63,836 bases of DNA, filler included, from Rhabdomonas costata (GCA_019059605.1; 24 parts of 24 records of this genome joined end to end with filler, not necessarily neighbours in it), one strand, 5' to 3'; numbered from the whole stretch's first letter, positions 38,231 to 50,633 are shown. A program made the numbers and translations. Notes: generated from the sequence alone by a model not told the origin.

Positions 38231-39847
38231 TGGTGAGCTGAATCTTTCCAAAAAAACAGAGGAAAGGACAAAGTGGAGCTCCAATGTAAGTACAATGGGA
38301 GTTGTTGGCCAACCAGTTTGGTCAACCAGACGAAAGGGACTCTCAAGAGGCCAGTGGCACAAAGCCGCCCGAAAACAAATGTGAAGAAGTTGGTGGTTTG
38401 GGCAACTTCTCCAGCCTTGAAGGCACCACCATAAAGGTAAGGCATCGGATTAATGGATCAACTCCGGAATTTTTTTTCTCGATTTTTCGCATGGCCATCT
38501 CCATACCGCAAACAAACTCCTTCATGTTTGAAGAGTAGAAAATAAAGGATCATCAAACTATGGGTCAACATCCACGCTGATTCACTGATCCATCATTGAT
38601 ACTTTTACGGTAAGCTGGAATGAACACTTCTGCTATACTAGCCACAACAGCACGGCCACGCTGGTGACTCACACTCTGCGGATGTAGCTCCCAAGGTTGC
38701 TCTGAATGACGCGTCGGATCCGCCGCAGCACAACTACAAGAGTGCGTGGGTAGCAAGTGGGCTGACAAGGCAACCATGTCGGAGCCGTTCTGTGAAAGTG
38801 ACGGCTGTTGCCTCTGCCGCCGCATTGCTACTGCGAAGCAGTACAGAAAGTGCTGCAGCTGCCTATTGTGGATGTGAGCCTGGCGGAGAAGGGGCATGTG
38901 CTGTCTTCTCTCTCCCTCGCTTGCGAAGGTGTATGTGGGCGCTGTTTGGTCGTAAGCGCCTTGAGCGAGCTGTTGCTGGTCGTCGGTCAGCGTGAAGGTT
39001 CTCAAGGCTTCTAGCAAACGCACAAAGTGCCGGAGGTGTTCGGGGACCCGAGAGTCCCCCGCCAAGAGCGGGAGCGTCAGGAGTCAGGGTTTCAGGGAGG
39101 GCGGGGGCAACTAAAGAAAGGGAGTCGAACTGCGCCTGCAGATGTTAGAGTGGCCCAGCAAATGAAGCCACTTGCTGGTACTGTTGGGAGATTCGGGATA
39201 GGGTTTGGATCCAGGGGCGTTTCAGGGTTTCAGGTTCTATTGCGTTCGTGGGAATGTGGGAGAGCGAAGCAGAGACAAAAAAGTGGCCACAAAAGTATGT
39301 ATGACTGCTGTGGAGAAAGGGGGCATGGTCACTCTATCCGCAGCCACCTCCACATGTGGTGCTGCAGAGCGGATCTCAGGGCCGTCAACTGCATGAGCTG
39401 TACGTGCAGCCGAACGCGAGTCCCGCACCGAGGCTGTCACCAGCCTCTGCTCCGATCTCAGCTTCAGCCGCATTTTCCACAGCAGGAGTCCTTCGCTCCC
39501 TTCAGAGCTCAACAGCACCAATCGCTCCGCCTTCCGCACCGCAGCACAGCCACTGTCGCATAGTACTCCGTCAAAGCCAGCCATGGACACGACACCCTAC
39601 GCCAAACCAACCCAGCAAGGAGCAGCACGCTCCTTTCGGTAGCTGGCAACTTAGGAGGGCCAAGAGGGCAGCACCCCAGGTGGGCAGCGCCACACACACA
39701 TACACACATGGCGCCTTGGCGCGGTGTGCTGTGGCGTGTCCTTGTGCTGCTTGTTCTGCACACCTGTCGGTTTTTTTGGCGCGTTCACGGTGCCGCTGTT
39801 CGTGCTGGACAACACGACGGGCACGTGCGCCGTGCCCATCCACACAG

Positions 39848-39849
<2 letters not shown>

Positions 39850-39879
<30 letters not shown>
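39850..39879. repeat. (CA)n microsatellite at contig end
   Basis: About 15 CA units directly visible. Confidence 0.9.
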
Positions 39880-39881
<2 letters not shown>

Positions 39882-40193
39882 ACNNNNNNNNNNNNNNNNN
39901 NNNNNNNNNNNNNNNNNNNNNNNNNNNTTAATTAATTAANNNNNNNNNNNNNNNNNNNNNNNNNNNNNNNNNNNNNNNNNNNNGTGTGTGTGCAAGGGTC
40001 TCGTAACTCTGTCCCGTCATATGACTTGCATCACATACCCGAATAACCGAGGTTGATGGTCACGTCAGTCACACAAACCGGCGGTAGAATTGGCTTTTGT
40101 GTGCACTCTGAATCTCGGCTTTCTTGTTCGCTCAGAAAAGCTGGCTGCTGTAAGCTGAAAGCTTTCGCTTGAAGGAGCAGACAAGCGCACTCC

Positions 40194-42308
40194 ATGTCAA
40201 TGGTGTCCCGACTTCCGGAGAGTACGTTGCTGTGCAGCTTTCGATACTTGAGGCTGAAGCCGCAGCTGGCCTTGCGCCTGGTGTGCCGGTTGTTTCGAGG
40301 GCTGGTCGATGAGCACCTCGCTCGGGACTGGAGAGTGACCCTTCGCTTCTCAGGGCTTAACAGGTGTTTTCAGGTGAAAACTCGGTGTGACGACTTGAAT
40401 CGTTTTTTGAGGATAGCGTTTCGGATGTCTGGAGGGGTAGTGGACTCCGTGCTCGTCCCCAATTGGGGGGTTGCGCTTCACCCCCTGGACGAGACTCTCC
40501 AGGACTCCGCGAGGGAGAGTCTTCGGGCGAGGATGTGGCTGGGGTGCTCCGCTGGTGACATTTCGGTGAAGTGCAAAAAGCTGTTTCAGTATTTGCTTGA
40601 GATTGGGGCTGAGACAGCGGTAAGGTCCACTTCCTCGCTCTTTGCCAACCACACCTCGTTGGATTTGAACGCCCTACAGTTGGGCGATGCCGGAATGGAA
40701 GCGATAGCAGCATCTTCTTTTTTCTCCAACCTCTCCTCCTTGAACGCAGCCATAAACGGGATTGGGAATTCTGGAATGTGTGCTCTGGCAGCATCGTCTC
40801 TTCTGCCCAGCCTCACCATCTTGAATGTGAGCGACAACAAGATCAGCAATGCAGGAATGGAAGCTCTTGTGGCCTCTTCGTTCTTCCCCAATGTGAGCTC
40901 CTTGAATGTGAGCAACAACGAGATCCGCGATGCAGGAATGGAAGCTCTTGCCCGATCTTCCTTCTTCCCCAACCTCAGAGTCTTGGACGTGAGCTTGAAC
41001 CCGATCGGCGTTTCAGGACTTGAATCGCTTGCTCAGTCCTCACTCTTTCCCAACCTGTCGTGCTTGGGTGTGTCTGGCAGTAAAATCGAGGACGCTGGAC
41101 TGCAAGCCCTTGCAGCATCCTCATTCTTCCCCAACCTCACCTGTTTGACTCTGACCGGCAGTGAAATCGGGGATGCTGGAATGCAAGCCCTTGCTGCTTC
41201 CTCTGTCTTCCCCAAGCTCGCCTATTTGTATTTAGGCAGCAATAGGATCGGCGATGCAGGGATCCAAGCTCTTGCGGAATCCTCTTACTTCCCAGGTCTC
41301 AGGATTTTGGACGTGTGCGACAACCAGATAGGCGATGCAGGCATTCAAGCCCTTGCGGGCTCCTCTTTTTTCCCTAACCTCACCTGCTTGGGTATGTGCT
41401 GCAGTGAAATCGAGGACGCAGGATTGCTCGCTCTCGCATCATCTCCGTTTTTTCCCAAACTCGCCTGTTTGGCTATATGTGTCAACGAGATCTGCGGTGC
41501 AGAAATGCAAGCGCTTGCCGCTTCGTGTTTCTCCTCCAACCTAACCAACCTCAACGTGTCCGAAAAAGAATGGGGTGATTCTTGTGTTCTTGCGCTTGCT
41601 GGATCCCCTTTCTTCCCCAGCCTCACCTCCTTGGATCTGATCGGCTGTGGTGGAGGCCAGGCAGGATATAAAGCAGTGGTAGCATCCCGCATTTTTCTCA
41701 ACGTTGCCTCTTTAGCTAACTCAGGCGAAAATGTGGGAGTTGTACTAACGCAGGCGACTGGGACATCCCCTTGCTTCCCCAATGTCAGCTCCTTGCTTAT
41801 ATACGGGTCCATCGGTTCGGCTGGAATGGAAGCGATCGCAGCATCCCCGTTCTTCCCGAGTCTCACGTCCTTGGCTGTCGTCGGCAACGATATTAGAGAT
41901 GAAGGACTGCGAGCGATTGCGGCATTCTCTTCCCCCAAGCTCACCTACTTGGATGTGAGCAAGAACGACATCAGTGCTGCAGGAATACAAGCTCTTGCGG
42001 AATCTTCGTGCTTTTCCAACCTCGCCACGTTGATTATCAGTGACAACTGTCTCGGGGATGCCGGATTGCAAGCGATTGCGAGTTCCCCCTGCTTCTCCAG
42101 TTTGACCAATCTGAGTTTATCAGAAAACCAGATCGGAAATGCAGGAATACATGCCCTCGCAGCATCGTCTTTCTTCCCCAATCTCACCAGTGTGGATGTG
42201 AGTGATAACGACATCGACGATGCAGGAATGCAAGCTTTGGCCACATCCTGTCACTTTCCCAACCTGATCATAGTCCAGGTTGATGACAGCTACATCGGTA
42301 GTAGCTGA
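40194..42308 (+). CDS. Intronless F-box plus leucine-rich-repeat protein (about 20 x 27-aa LRRs)
   Basis: 704-aa ORF. The N-terminus is F-box-like (RLPESTLLCSFRYL...LRLVCRLFRGLV). The repeat consensus is SSFFPNLxxLxLxxNxIGDAGMQALAx. Confidence 0.92.
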   Translation: MSMVSRLPESTLLCSFRYLRLKPQLALRLVCRLFRGLVDEHLARDWRVTLRFSGLNRCFQVKTRCDDLNRFLRIAFRMSGGVVDSVLVPNWGVALHPLDETLQDSARESLRARMWLGCSAGDISVKCKKLFQYLLEIGAETAVRSTSSLFANHTSLDLNALQLGDAGMEAIAASSFFSNLSSLNAAINGIGNSGMCALAASSLLPSLTILNVSDNKISNAGMEALVASSFFPNVSSLNVSNNEIRDAGMEALARSSFFPNLRVLDVSLNPIGVSGLESLAQSSLFPNLSCLGVSGSKIEDAGLQALAASSFFPNLTCLTLTGSEIGDAGMQALAASSVFPKLAYLYLGSNRIGDAGIQALAESSYFPGLRILDVCDNQIGDAGIQALAGSSFFPNLTCLGMCCSEIEDAGLLALASSPFFPKLACLAICVNEICGAEMQALAASCFSSNLTNLNVSEKEWGDSCVLALAGSPFFPSLTSLDLIGCGGGQAGYKAVVASRIFLNVASLANSGENVGVVLTQATGTSPCFPNVSSLLIYGSIGSAGMEAIAASPFFPSLTSLAVVGNDIRDEGLRAIAAFSSPKLTYLDVSKNDISAAGIQALAESSCFSNLATLIISDNCLGDAGLQAIASSPCFSSLTNLSLSENQIGNAGIHALAASSFFPNLTSVDVSDNDIDDAGMQALATSCHFPNLIIVQVDDSYIGSS

Positions 42309-42645
42309 AGGCAAGCTGTTGTGTCCTTTCACGTGCAGCGAGTACATATCGGTTTAGCGCGCTGACAGTTGACAGTTACAGACATGCGAATCTTGTGCGA
42401 ATTTCTCACTGATAATGTTCGCGGCTGCCACACAGTTTCCACCGCACACTTGGCCTCCAAACTTTCTTCTCTCTATAGACTCCCTTGCACTGAAGTGTGC
42501 AAGCAAAGTTTCCCTTTTCAGAAATAGTAATACTGAAAAAACCACNNNNNNNNNNNNNNNNNNNNNNNNNNNNNNNNNNNNNNNNNNNNTTAATTAATTA
42601 ANNNNNNNNNNNNNNNNNNNNNNNNNNNNNNNNNNNNNNNNNNNN

Positions 42646-44688
42646 GCTGCGGCTTCTGGACGTTGTGGAGCAGGACTGGTCAAAGCAGAAGGGCTACCTC
42701 TACGCCTTTGCAGATGGCTCCTACCTCGGTACGAAAGGGCGGCACTTGCATGGGGCGCCCAGAGCAGAGAAGCTCAAATGAAACATTGGTGCTTTCCCGA
42801 GACACATGGACACAGACGCAGACACACACACACACACACACACAAACATTGGAGAATAGCTCTGAAGGTGAGTGCCTTGACCTGACTGTCAGCGAGCATA
42901 CGTGCTACACCAGCTAGCAGACACCAGGCACACACGCAGCTCCCCGGCTCGCAGGTGACAAGGGAAAATCCAATGGCGGAGACATCAGCTGCGCATCAAG
43001 TGAGTATTAAGCGCTGCAACACCAAGAGTCAAGAGGTTCTCATATCGCTAGTACCCACTCTCCCATGGGGGTGAGTAGGGCAACGTGATTCAGGCACAGC
43101 GAGCCACTCTCAACAGCACACTTAACATCTCTGCTCTTTTTACAAGCAAAGGCACCGTGCTTGCCACGGTCTTCACGTGCGGGCGCCATTTGGACACCGT
43201 GAATTACGAAAACGCTCTTGGTGCGGTCTTTTTGTTTTGAATCTCCTGTGCCCTGCAGGGGCTTGGCGACACGGCGGGATCATCCCGCAGGACACCGACA
43301 TTGACATCTTCCTGTTCCTGCGGGCCAACCAGACGCGGTTCCAGTTCCTTTCGGAGATCCGCCCCACCCTCCCCGCGGGGCTGGAGCTGCGGGACATCTC
43401 CAAAGTGCGGCACGTCGGGGAGCCCACGGCGCACTTCTATTCGCCCAGCAGGCGCGTTGTGTCCGTGACTCCAGCAGTGATCCCCACAGATGGGGGCGGT
43501 GGGGGGGGGGCATTTCACATCGTTCTGGCAATTTCAAACGTTCCCACTGCCGCAAAAGGGAGGACCCTCCGCCTGCTATATCTCAAGCACAGGACGAGAT
43601 ACTCGAAAGTGGTGGAGACTTCGCACAGTGCAAATCACGATCTGGCAGGTCCTTGTTGTTTATTATGCTTCGAAATGCTGAACACAGCATTCATTTATTT
43701 TCATGGGCATACTGGTTTTACACCCGTTGGTCTCCTCGTCTGTGTGGGTGTCTTTGTTGGCATGTTTGTGTGGTTGTGGTGCCTGTGTAAGTGAGCCATG
43801 GGCGATTATGGCTCAAACTCCTGTCGATTTATACCAGTCAATTTCAATCAGTTTCAGTTGGTTTTTGGTTTTGGTTGAGGATGTTTGCTGTTTTCGTGGC
43901 AGAGGAAGGCTGCAGCTCGCCAGCTTCTTTCCCAACGTCACGATGGACATCACGGTGTACACTCCAGAGAAGCTGGCGAACCACTTCGCCCCGCTGTGCC
44001 GTTGCCGTTTCCGCCCCTTGGTGGGGTTCTGCTTCGAGCGGGCTGAGAAGTACATACAATTTATCCTCTCCTCCTCTCTCCAGTGATTTTTATCCACGTT
44101 GATTGCAGAGGCTGTTTCTTTTTCTTCTAGAGGCCGCATTGTGCGCGTGTGCCTTCGATAGTTGGCCGATGGAATATTCTTCATTGGTTTATTCTCTCTG
44201 CTGCGTGTATCCTTCTCAACCATGGCGTGTCCACATCTCAATGTGCGCTCTCAGGTACCTTCTGCTTGCTTACGGCGCAACCTTCCGTCGGCCCCGCCCC
44301 ATGCACACCTACCGCTTCGACATCCTCAACTACAACGGCCGGTGAGGCTTTGTGGCATTTCAAAGTGATCTTTAGAGGCCTGTCTCAGCTGCACATCCCC
44401 GCGGACACGGCGGAGCTCCCGACTGCCGTGGAGCGCCGGCTGTGGGCCGCACATCGCAGGGGAGCCCCCATGGAGGCAGCAGGGGTGCTCTGGTCCAGCA
44501 TAGCGGTCGCGTCCTGCGGGCGGGTGGGAGACTTAGTGGAGCGAGCCGCTCGAAAGATCCAGGCCGCAGTCCGCCGGCATGTCCGCTTGCCGAGCGGGCA
44601 AAGGCTCCCTGAGGTATATCCGAGTAGGGCGAACCCCGAGGATGCTGCCGGGGTCTCTGCAGGGGCAACCCAGGAAAGCTATCGCTGA
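42646..44688 (+). CDS. LicD/fukutin-family phosphotransferase (5'-truncated)
   Basis: Spliced ADGSYLG|AWRHGGIIPQDTDIDI is the LicD GTLLGA.RHGG.IPWD.D.DI motif. Later come FAPLCRCRF and the C-terminal motif KYLLLAYGATFRRP. Confidence 0.88.
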
Positions 44689-45641
44689 CCGCTTGTGTAA
44701 CAGAGTGAGTGCAAGCAATATCAGACTTTACTCCTCCTGCCAACCTTCCTGACATTGCCTACTATCCAGTGCTGCACCTTGCCCTTCTCTCATCCTTTAT
44801 CCGTGTTCCTGCCTGCTCCGTGAACATGTTTTGTTGTGGTCAGTGCCCCTGAGCTCAAAATACACCCAGTGTTTCCATTAACATCATGCGAACGTGGGAC
44901 AAATAGAATACAGTTCACTGCCCACCGTGCTTGCCACCCTGGGTGGCGCGCGCGCACCGCCTCTCCTCCCTTGCAGGATCTCCTTCTCCCTCAGCTTCAC
45001 TTCGTCTTGCTTTTCATTTGTGCATTCCCTTGCTGCTTCTATTTTCTCTTTTCCTCTTGCCGTTTCCCTCTCCCTCCTCCATCCCTTGGGCAGTGCTCCC
45101 GAATTTACCCTTCAAAGCTTTCCGGCGCAATCTCCTTGCACCCCCACGCACACAATGATAGAATGCAGGGGTCGCCCAATGTACTCGTGCCCTGCGCGCA
45201 ACCCCAACNNNNNNNNNNNNNNNNNNNNNNNNNNNNNNNNNNNNNNNNNNNNTTAATTAATTAANNNNNNNNNNNNNNNNNNNNNNNNNNNNNNNNNNNN
45301 NNNNNNNNTTGTGTGGGGGAGGTGTGAAAATTGGCTTAACGTTATTTAGCATTAACAACCGTAAAACCGAAAATACACCGAAAATAATGCATGCGGATCT
45401 CTCGAAGAAAGACCCATATTGTTGGCTCCAGTGCTGGGCTGGAAGGGAAGAAAAGGAGGGGAAGCTCGCCCAGGCAACGCCCTCAACAAAATTTTCGTGG
45501 AAGTTTGAGGAAAAGGTTCAGCTTTGATTTGGGAGGCAACCGTAAAAACGGTGGTAGCACATGTATCACCATCACAACTTTTCTGTGCCCCGGTTGCTCA
45601 CACGGTGCCGGTCCAACCCCAACCCCCAAACCTGGTCAAAC

Positions 45642-47821
45642 CCTCCGGACTTGAGGTACTCCACCATCTGCGGCAAGTTCCTGTGCAAAAGTACAGTTGG
45701 TGGGGAAAAATCGCAAAGAAAGAAAAACGGCCAACCGGCCCCCTCCTCCCACACTCGCGATGACCACGGTCACAGAGATAATCACAGAAAACACTTTTCA
45801 ACGGATGATGTGAGGATGCAATGACAATGGTGGTGGGTCCTTTCTCAGCGCCTGACTGCCCCTGAGGCCACCGCCTCTGCCAACGGCGCCAGCACAACTC
45901 ATACACCGTCCCAGTCACCCAAACCAACAACTTTCGAAAGAAAAAAAAAAGGAAGAACACACACTCTGTCCAAAGGTCGGGAATAACCGGGTCCTCCGTC
46001 ACCACAGGAGCCAGCGCAAGCATGGCCTCCACAATGTGTAACGTGGGCCCCACACCCTGGCACTCTGCTTGGCTGGCGTGAACGACCAGCTTGGGGATCA
46101 GCTCGTGCGGCCGAGGCAGACTGGCTGCACGCAAATAAGAAAAAGTGCCTTTGTTGTCGGAATAACCATAGCTCCCAGTATGGGGGGGGGGGGGCAGGAT
46201 CGATCTTCGATAAATTATTAAGGGCTTGAGATGTGCAGTTACACCTTTCTAAAAAGCTGATGGGGGTATGCACAGCATGGAAAAGGAAGGAAATGTATTC
46301 AAGGCACAGTGAGGTGGCGAGTTGTGAACTCATGCTGTTGAAAGTCACCACACTGACCCTCAGGAGCGAACACTTCTGGCTACGCGTTGACTTTGCTGAG
46401 GGCTGTCAGCGAATCTTACCTCATGGCAGAAGCCAGATTGTGCTTCTCCTGCAAAACGCCACCGCATATCCGTTTGAAAAAGAAGGATGCGGTGAGTGGG
46501 CATGCCGTGGAGGTCGTAGCGCGGGGCGTGGTAGGGGCCCCCGCGCAGCCGCGGGAGAACCATGCTCAGCGCGTGGCAAACGACGGGAAAAGACACGAAG
46601 AAGTCCGCCCCATCACCGGCCGCGCGGCACACCAGACACTCCAGCAGATGCGGCCACATCACCTGAGCCCAGAGGGAAAAGGTTACGAGTCGCAAGCATC
46701 TCGCAATGCGGGGGAACGGGAAAACGGCACGGTAAAGACTACCACCAATTTGACCTACAAAAGCCATTTTGCGCAGATCCCAGGCAGGCGCGGAAAACAT
46801 GGCGACCAACCAAACCAGGCACGGACAGGTAGTAAACTGAAAGAGAAAGGGGGCAGGGGGGAGGGGAGTCGACCCGGTCCAGGCTCGGGAATGACGACGC
46901 AAACAGCGTCAGCGTACTGGTGCCCATGTCTCGGAGCTCCTCCGGAGAGGCAGAACACAGCGGGGAGCTGTCTCCTGCGGCCTGAGCAACAAACCTTCCG
47001 GGTTCCTTCACCTCCCTTCACATTTTTCCTCCTTGAATTTCGTTTTGTCATATTAACAACTTTTGCTCATCACCCACCCTCCCCTCCCTCCCTTTCCTGT
47101 CTCACTTCCCTTTTCTTTCCTCTTGACCTTCCTCTTCATCCTTGTTTGTTTCCCCTCCATCCCGGCTCCTCTATCCCGCCACTCCCTCGGTTTCCCCTCT
47201 CACTTGGCTTCTTGCCTTCATTTTGGTGTGTGGCTGGACGCATCTCACTCTGTTATGCAAAACCTCCCTGGCCGTTCAAGGCGTCCCTGGCCGTTTGAAT
47301 CTTGTTGGCAACACTGCCTTTGAACAACCTGTCACGCTAGCGTTCATCATAGCACATCTTCTTTCTTCCTTTATTTCACCCACTATCTGCATCTGTCCTG
47401 TGAGTGAGTGTTTTGTCGAGTGGTAGTGATGCAGCTGTACTGCGACGAAGGCAGCAGTTATCGGCCTGTGAAATCAGAATATTTGACCCCAAAGTGAGGG
47501 TATTTTCGTCGTGTCGCCAACACACAAAAAAAGGGTGCCAGTTCCGATAAACAAGAATTCACACGGTGACTCATTTGCAGGAGAAACAAGGTCCAAGCAT
47601 TCATTAGCAACGTCGCGAGTAATACAAAGGTCATGTGAGACGTTGGAAAGCATAGGCAGGCTCACCTTCGAGTTCTTCGCCGTCCAATCCTTGATGGTCG
47701 CAGGGGTGATGGAAGCCTCGCGGACAACGAGGGAGATGAGGCTGGTACCCCCAGGGCAGCTGAGGTAGCCGTTCTCGCTCGGCCCCAAGGCAAGAACGTT
47801 CTGAAGCACCGCCTTCCTCAC
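45642..47821 (-). CDS. MROH1: Maestro HEAT-like repeat protein (MROH1-like), partial, 5 exons
   Basis: Spliced TLTLFASSFPSLDRVMWPHLLE...YDLHASLPRPHELIPKLVV...LWTENLPQMVEYL parallels the MROH1 sequence recalled from memory (VLWPYLL...YDAHASLPSP...WETTVPLLLGYL). Confidence 0.75.
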
Positions 47822-48703
47822 CTTTGGGAGGGAAGAGAGAGAAGGGAGAGGAGAACCCCCACCCAACACCNNNNNNNNNNNNNNNNNNNNNNNNNNNNNN
47901 NNNNNNNNNNNNNNTTAATTAATTAANNNNNNNNNNNNNNNNNNNNNNNNNNNNNNNNNNNNNNNNNNNNGTGGTTTTTTAAAAGGTGAAAGTTGGAAGC
48001 CAGGGATCTTCAGGAAAAGCGAAGCGGTGTTCGAGAAGTCACCACGCTGACTGGAGCATGCCGAGTCGGCAGTCGGCAGTCGGCGGGTCCTTCTGTCAGC
48101 TTGGTCCCCACCTCACCTCGAGCCTGAGAATCTCAGCTCTCCTTCCATCAGCGCCCTTGGGATTTCTATGTGGACCCTGTGGACCCCGGAAAACACCGAA
48201 AATGTAGGACCACTGCGCTGCCTCGGCGTGACCTCCTGGTCAAATTTCCACGCCACCGGTGGCTCCCTGACCACGTAAAAATAGTGTCCAGTTGGTGTTC
48301 TCCGGAGACGCGACCCAGGGCCCTTTACAGCCCCAGCAACCACATCATTGCCGATTTCTCCCTCCTAAAAAACGCATCCCATTCTGAAGAAGCCTGTCCA
48401 ACTATCTCCTTTTAAAAGGCCACTCACTCACGACCGCCTCTTTACGCTCCGCGCTCGACACATCCGGGCAAAAAGCGGAACTGGTTTTTACATGGGATAA
48501 AATTTATTGTGCCAGAAAGTAGTAGCGACGCGATGAAAAATGAAAAATAATACGCTCATTTTAATAGCGGCAACTCCCCTCAAATTGATGCGAAGTCTCC
48601 AACATAAACCAGAAACTCAGCAGACTGATTCGTGGTGATGCTGCCACAACACGGGAAGCATGCACAGAAAGAAACCAAGACACTGTCTCCGAACCCAACA
48701 AAG

Positions 48704-48925
48704 TTCTCGAGCACGTGATGCAGACGTGTCATCACGTTCAACCGAGGAAATTGCTTTTTGAAGGGGTCGAGGATGGAACCACGTAAGGTGGTGTATGCGT
48801 TGTACATATGGGTGGCCGAGTTTCGCCCGAAACAGATCGCGATCGAGGTGGGAATTAATGAGCACGTTGTGGGACAATTCAACACACACTGAGGGGAAGT
48901 GCGAGTCAGACAGTCCAAAAGGCGA
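48704..48925 (+). mobile_element. Decayed Merlin/IS1595(ISXO2)-like transposase N-terminal fragment
   Basis: *CRRVITFNRGNCFLKGSRMEPRKVVYALYIWVAEFRPKQIAIEVGINEHVVGQFNTH*GEVR resembles the Merlin pre-DDE segment (CR...S.R.G.FF..S.L....++.++Y.W.....QIA.E.GI...TV.......REV). It has in-frame stops and no DDE core was seen. Confidence 0.55.
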
Positions 48926-49198
48926 TTCATTGTGGACAAAACGGAAGAGCCCCTTTCCCCACCAAACGACTGGACTGAGCAGCCGATCGAAAAAAAACCA
49001 TAACCATCCACCAACTGATGTACACACTTGGGACAAGCCCTTCACTCCATGTTTCAACGGAAACGGCCACCTCCAGCACTCAACACCCGACTGGAACTTT
49101 TGAAAATCTCATACAAAATCCCACCTTCCGTGCTTGTGTGCAGACAACTCCGCAACTCCTCAGCCACTTGTTCCCTTCGACCACAGACACACACGCAC

Positions 49199-50246
49199 CG
49201 TGATGTAGGGCATTTGGTAGCGGAACATCAGCGGGTACTCCGTCTCGTTCAGGACGGAGAGCACGGCACTCAGCGGCAGGAGGCCCTGTGAGAAGAGAGA
49301 TATACCAATCCGAAACATTGTGGACAAAAACCGGCTGAGCAAGGGAGATTTGTTTGTGGATTTGTTCACAGCTACGTCACTATGGGTTCGCGCCTGATTT
49401 TCTCATCTAACTGGACAACGTACGTTGCGGTACGTTGCTGTAGACACGCACAAACGTTCTCCACACATTGCCTCGCACTTTTCCAGTGTTTCACAGCATC
49501 TGAAAATAATCGGTGCTTGTCCGCTGGTGCCGTTGTCGATTGATTTGCAGAGGTTCCTTCTGCAAAGGAGATATCGGTGTGCCCCTGAGGCATTGAACCT
49601 GAGCAGGGGCTTCTGTGGAGCTGTTGAGGCCCACGCAGCACAGTGCCATGAGGTCCACAATGGAGGTGACGATGTCCAGGGTCTCTGGGTTGGTCTGGGA
49701 GTTGATGATGTGCAGCCAGTGCTGCGAGAAAAAGAGAGTGCGTGAGTGAGTGAGTGAGTGAGGGCGAAAGGGTGAACTCTGAGCTGACCAGCTGACTGAT
49801 CTCACGCGTTGCTGGAGTGACTGGCATTTCGACCACCACGGAGTGGATTTTGGCCATCATCAGCAAGGCACCATTTCCGCCTGCCTTGTACGCTGGGGTT
49901 GATGCCGACGCTGGGGTTCATGGATGAAATCGGAGGATGGGTCGGGTCCCACGGGCTCTGAGATGGGATGTGTGAAGTGCGGGGTACGGGATGATGGGAG
50001 CAGGGCTCTGGTTGCCGTGGGGGGATAGTGAAAGTGAGAAACGGAGAGCGGAAACAGAGAAAGGACTTCCCAGCAAAGGGGAGGAAACCCCAGCCGATGG
50101 AACATAAACAGCACACAGTCAAGAGAAAAAAGGAGGCGTTGAAGAGCAAAAGGCGGAACCAGCAGGTCCGTCTGCTGCTCCACGAGCGAGTTCATCACCA
50201 TGGTCTGGTTGCGAGTCAGCGGGACCTTGTTCACCACCACCAGGTT
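49199..50246 (-). CDS. IP3/ryanodine-receptor-like channel, RIH region (partial)
   Basis: Exons RNQTMVMNSLVEQQTDLL, IVTSIVDLMALCCVGLNSSTEAPAQ and GLLPLSAVLSVL match the ITPR patterns Q..VM.ELV...DVL and LVELLA.C..G.N..TE..C..LL.L. Confidence 0.7.
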
Positions 50247-50633
50247 CTGTGGGTTCGCGTGTGTGTGCACGTGTGCTTGAGTTGAAAGGTTCAAAGTTGT
50301 GGCCATGCGCATGCATATAATGCGAATGAAGTCGTTTTTCTGAATTTAAATTCAGTCGTCCTGAAGCGCAATCAGGATTCAGGGTTGCACGCTATTTCTG
50401 GATACCGAGATGAGCTCAACAGAGTCTTTATGTTCGGAAAACAGTCACAGGAGCAATACAGCAAGACCAAGTCCCAGACACATGCCGACGTTCTGTAGCA
50501 ACATAACCCAAACCCCCCAAACACACCCACCACNNNNNNNNNNNNNNNNNNNNNNNNNNNNNNNNNNNNNNNNNNNNTTAATTAATTAANNNNNNNNNNN
50601 NNNNNNNNNNNNNNNNNNNNNNNNNNNNNNNNN

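Noticed and set aside
40350-42244. Long antisense ORFs over the LRR gene, and similar shadow ORFs over GC-rich exons
   Set aside because: They are explained by codon bias and repeat structure on the sense strand.
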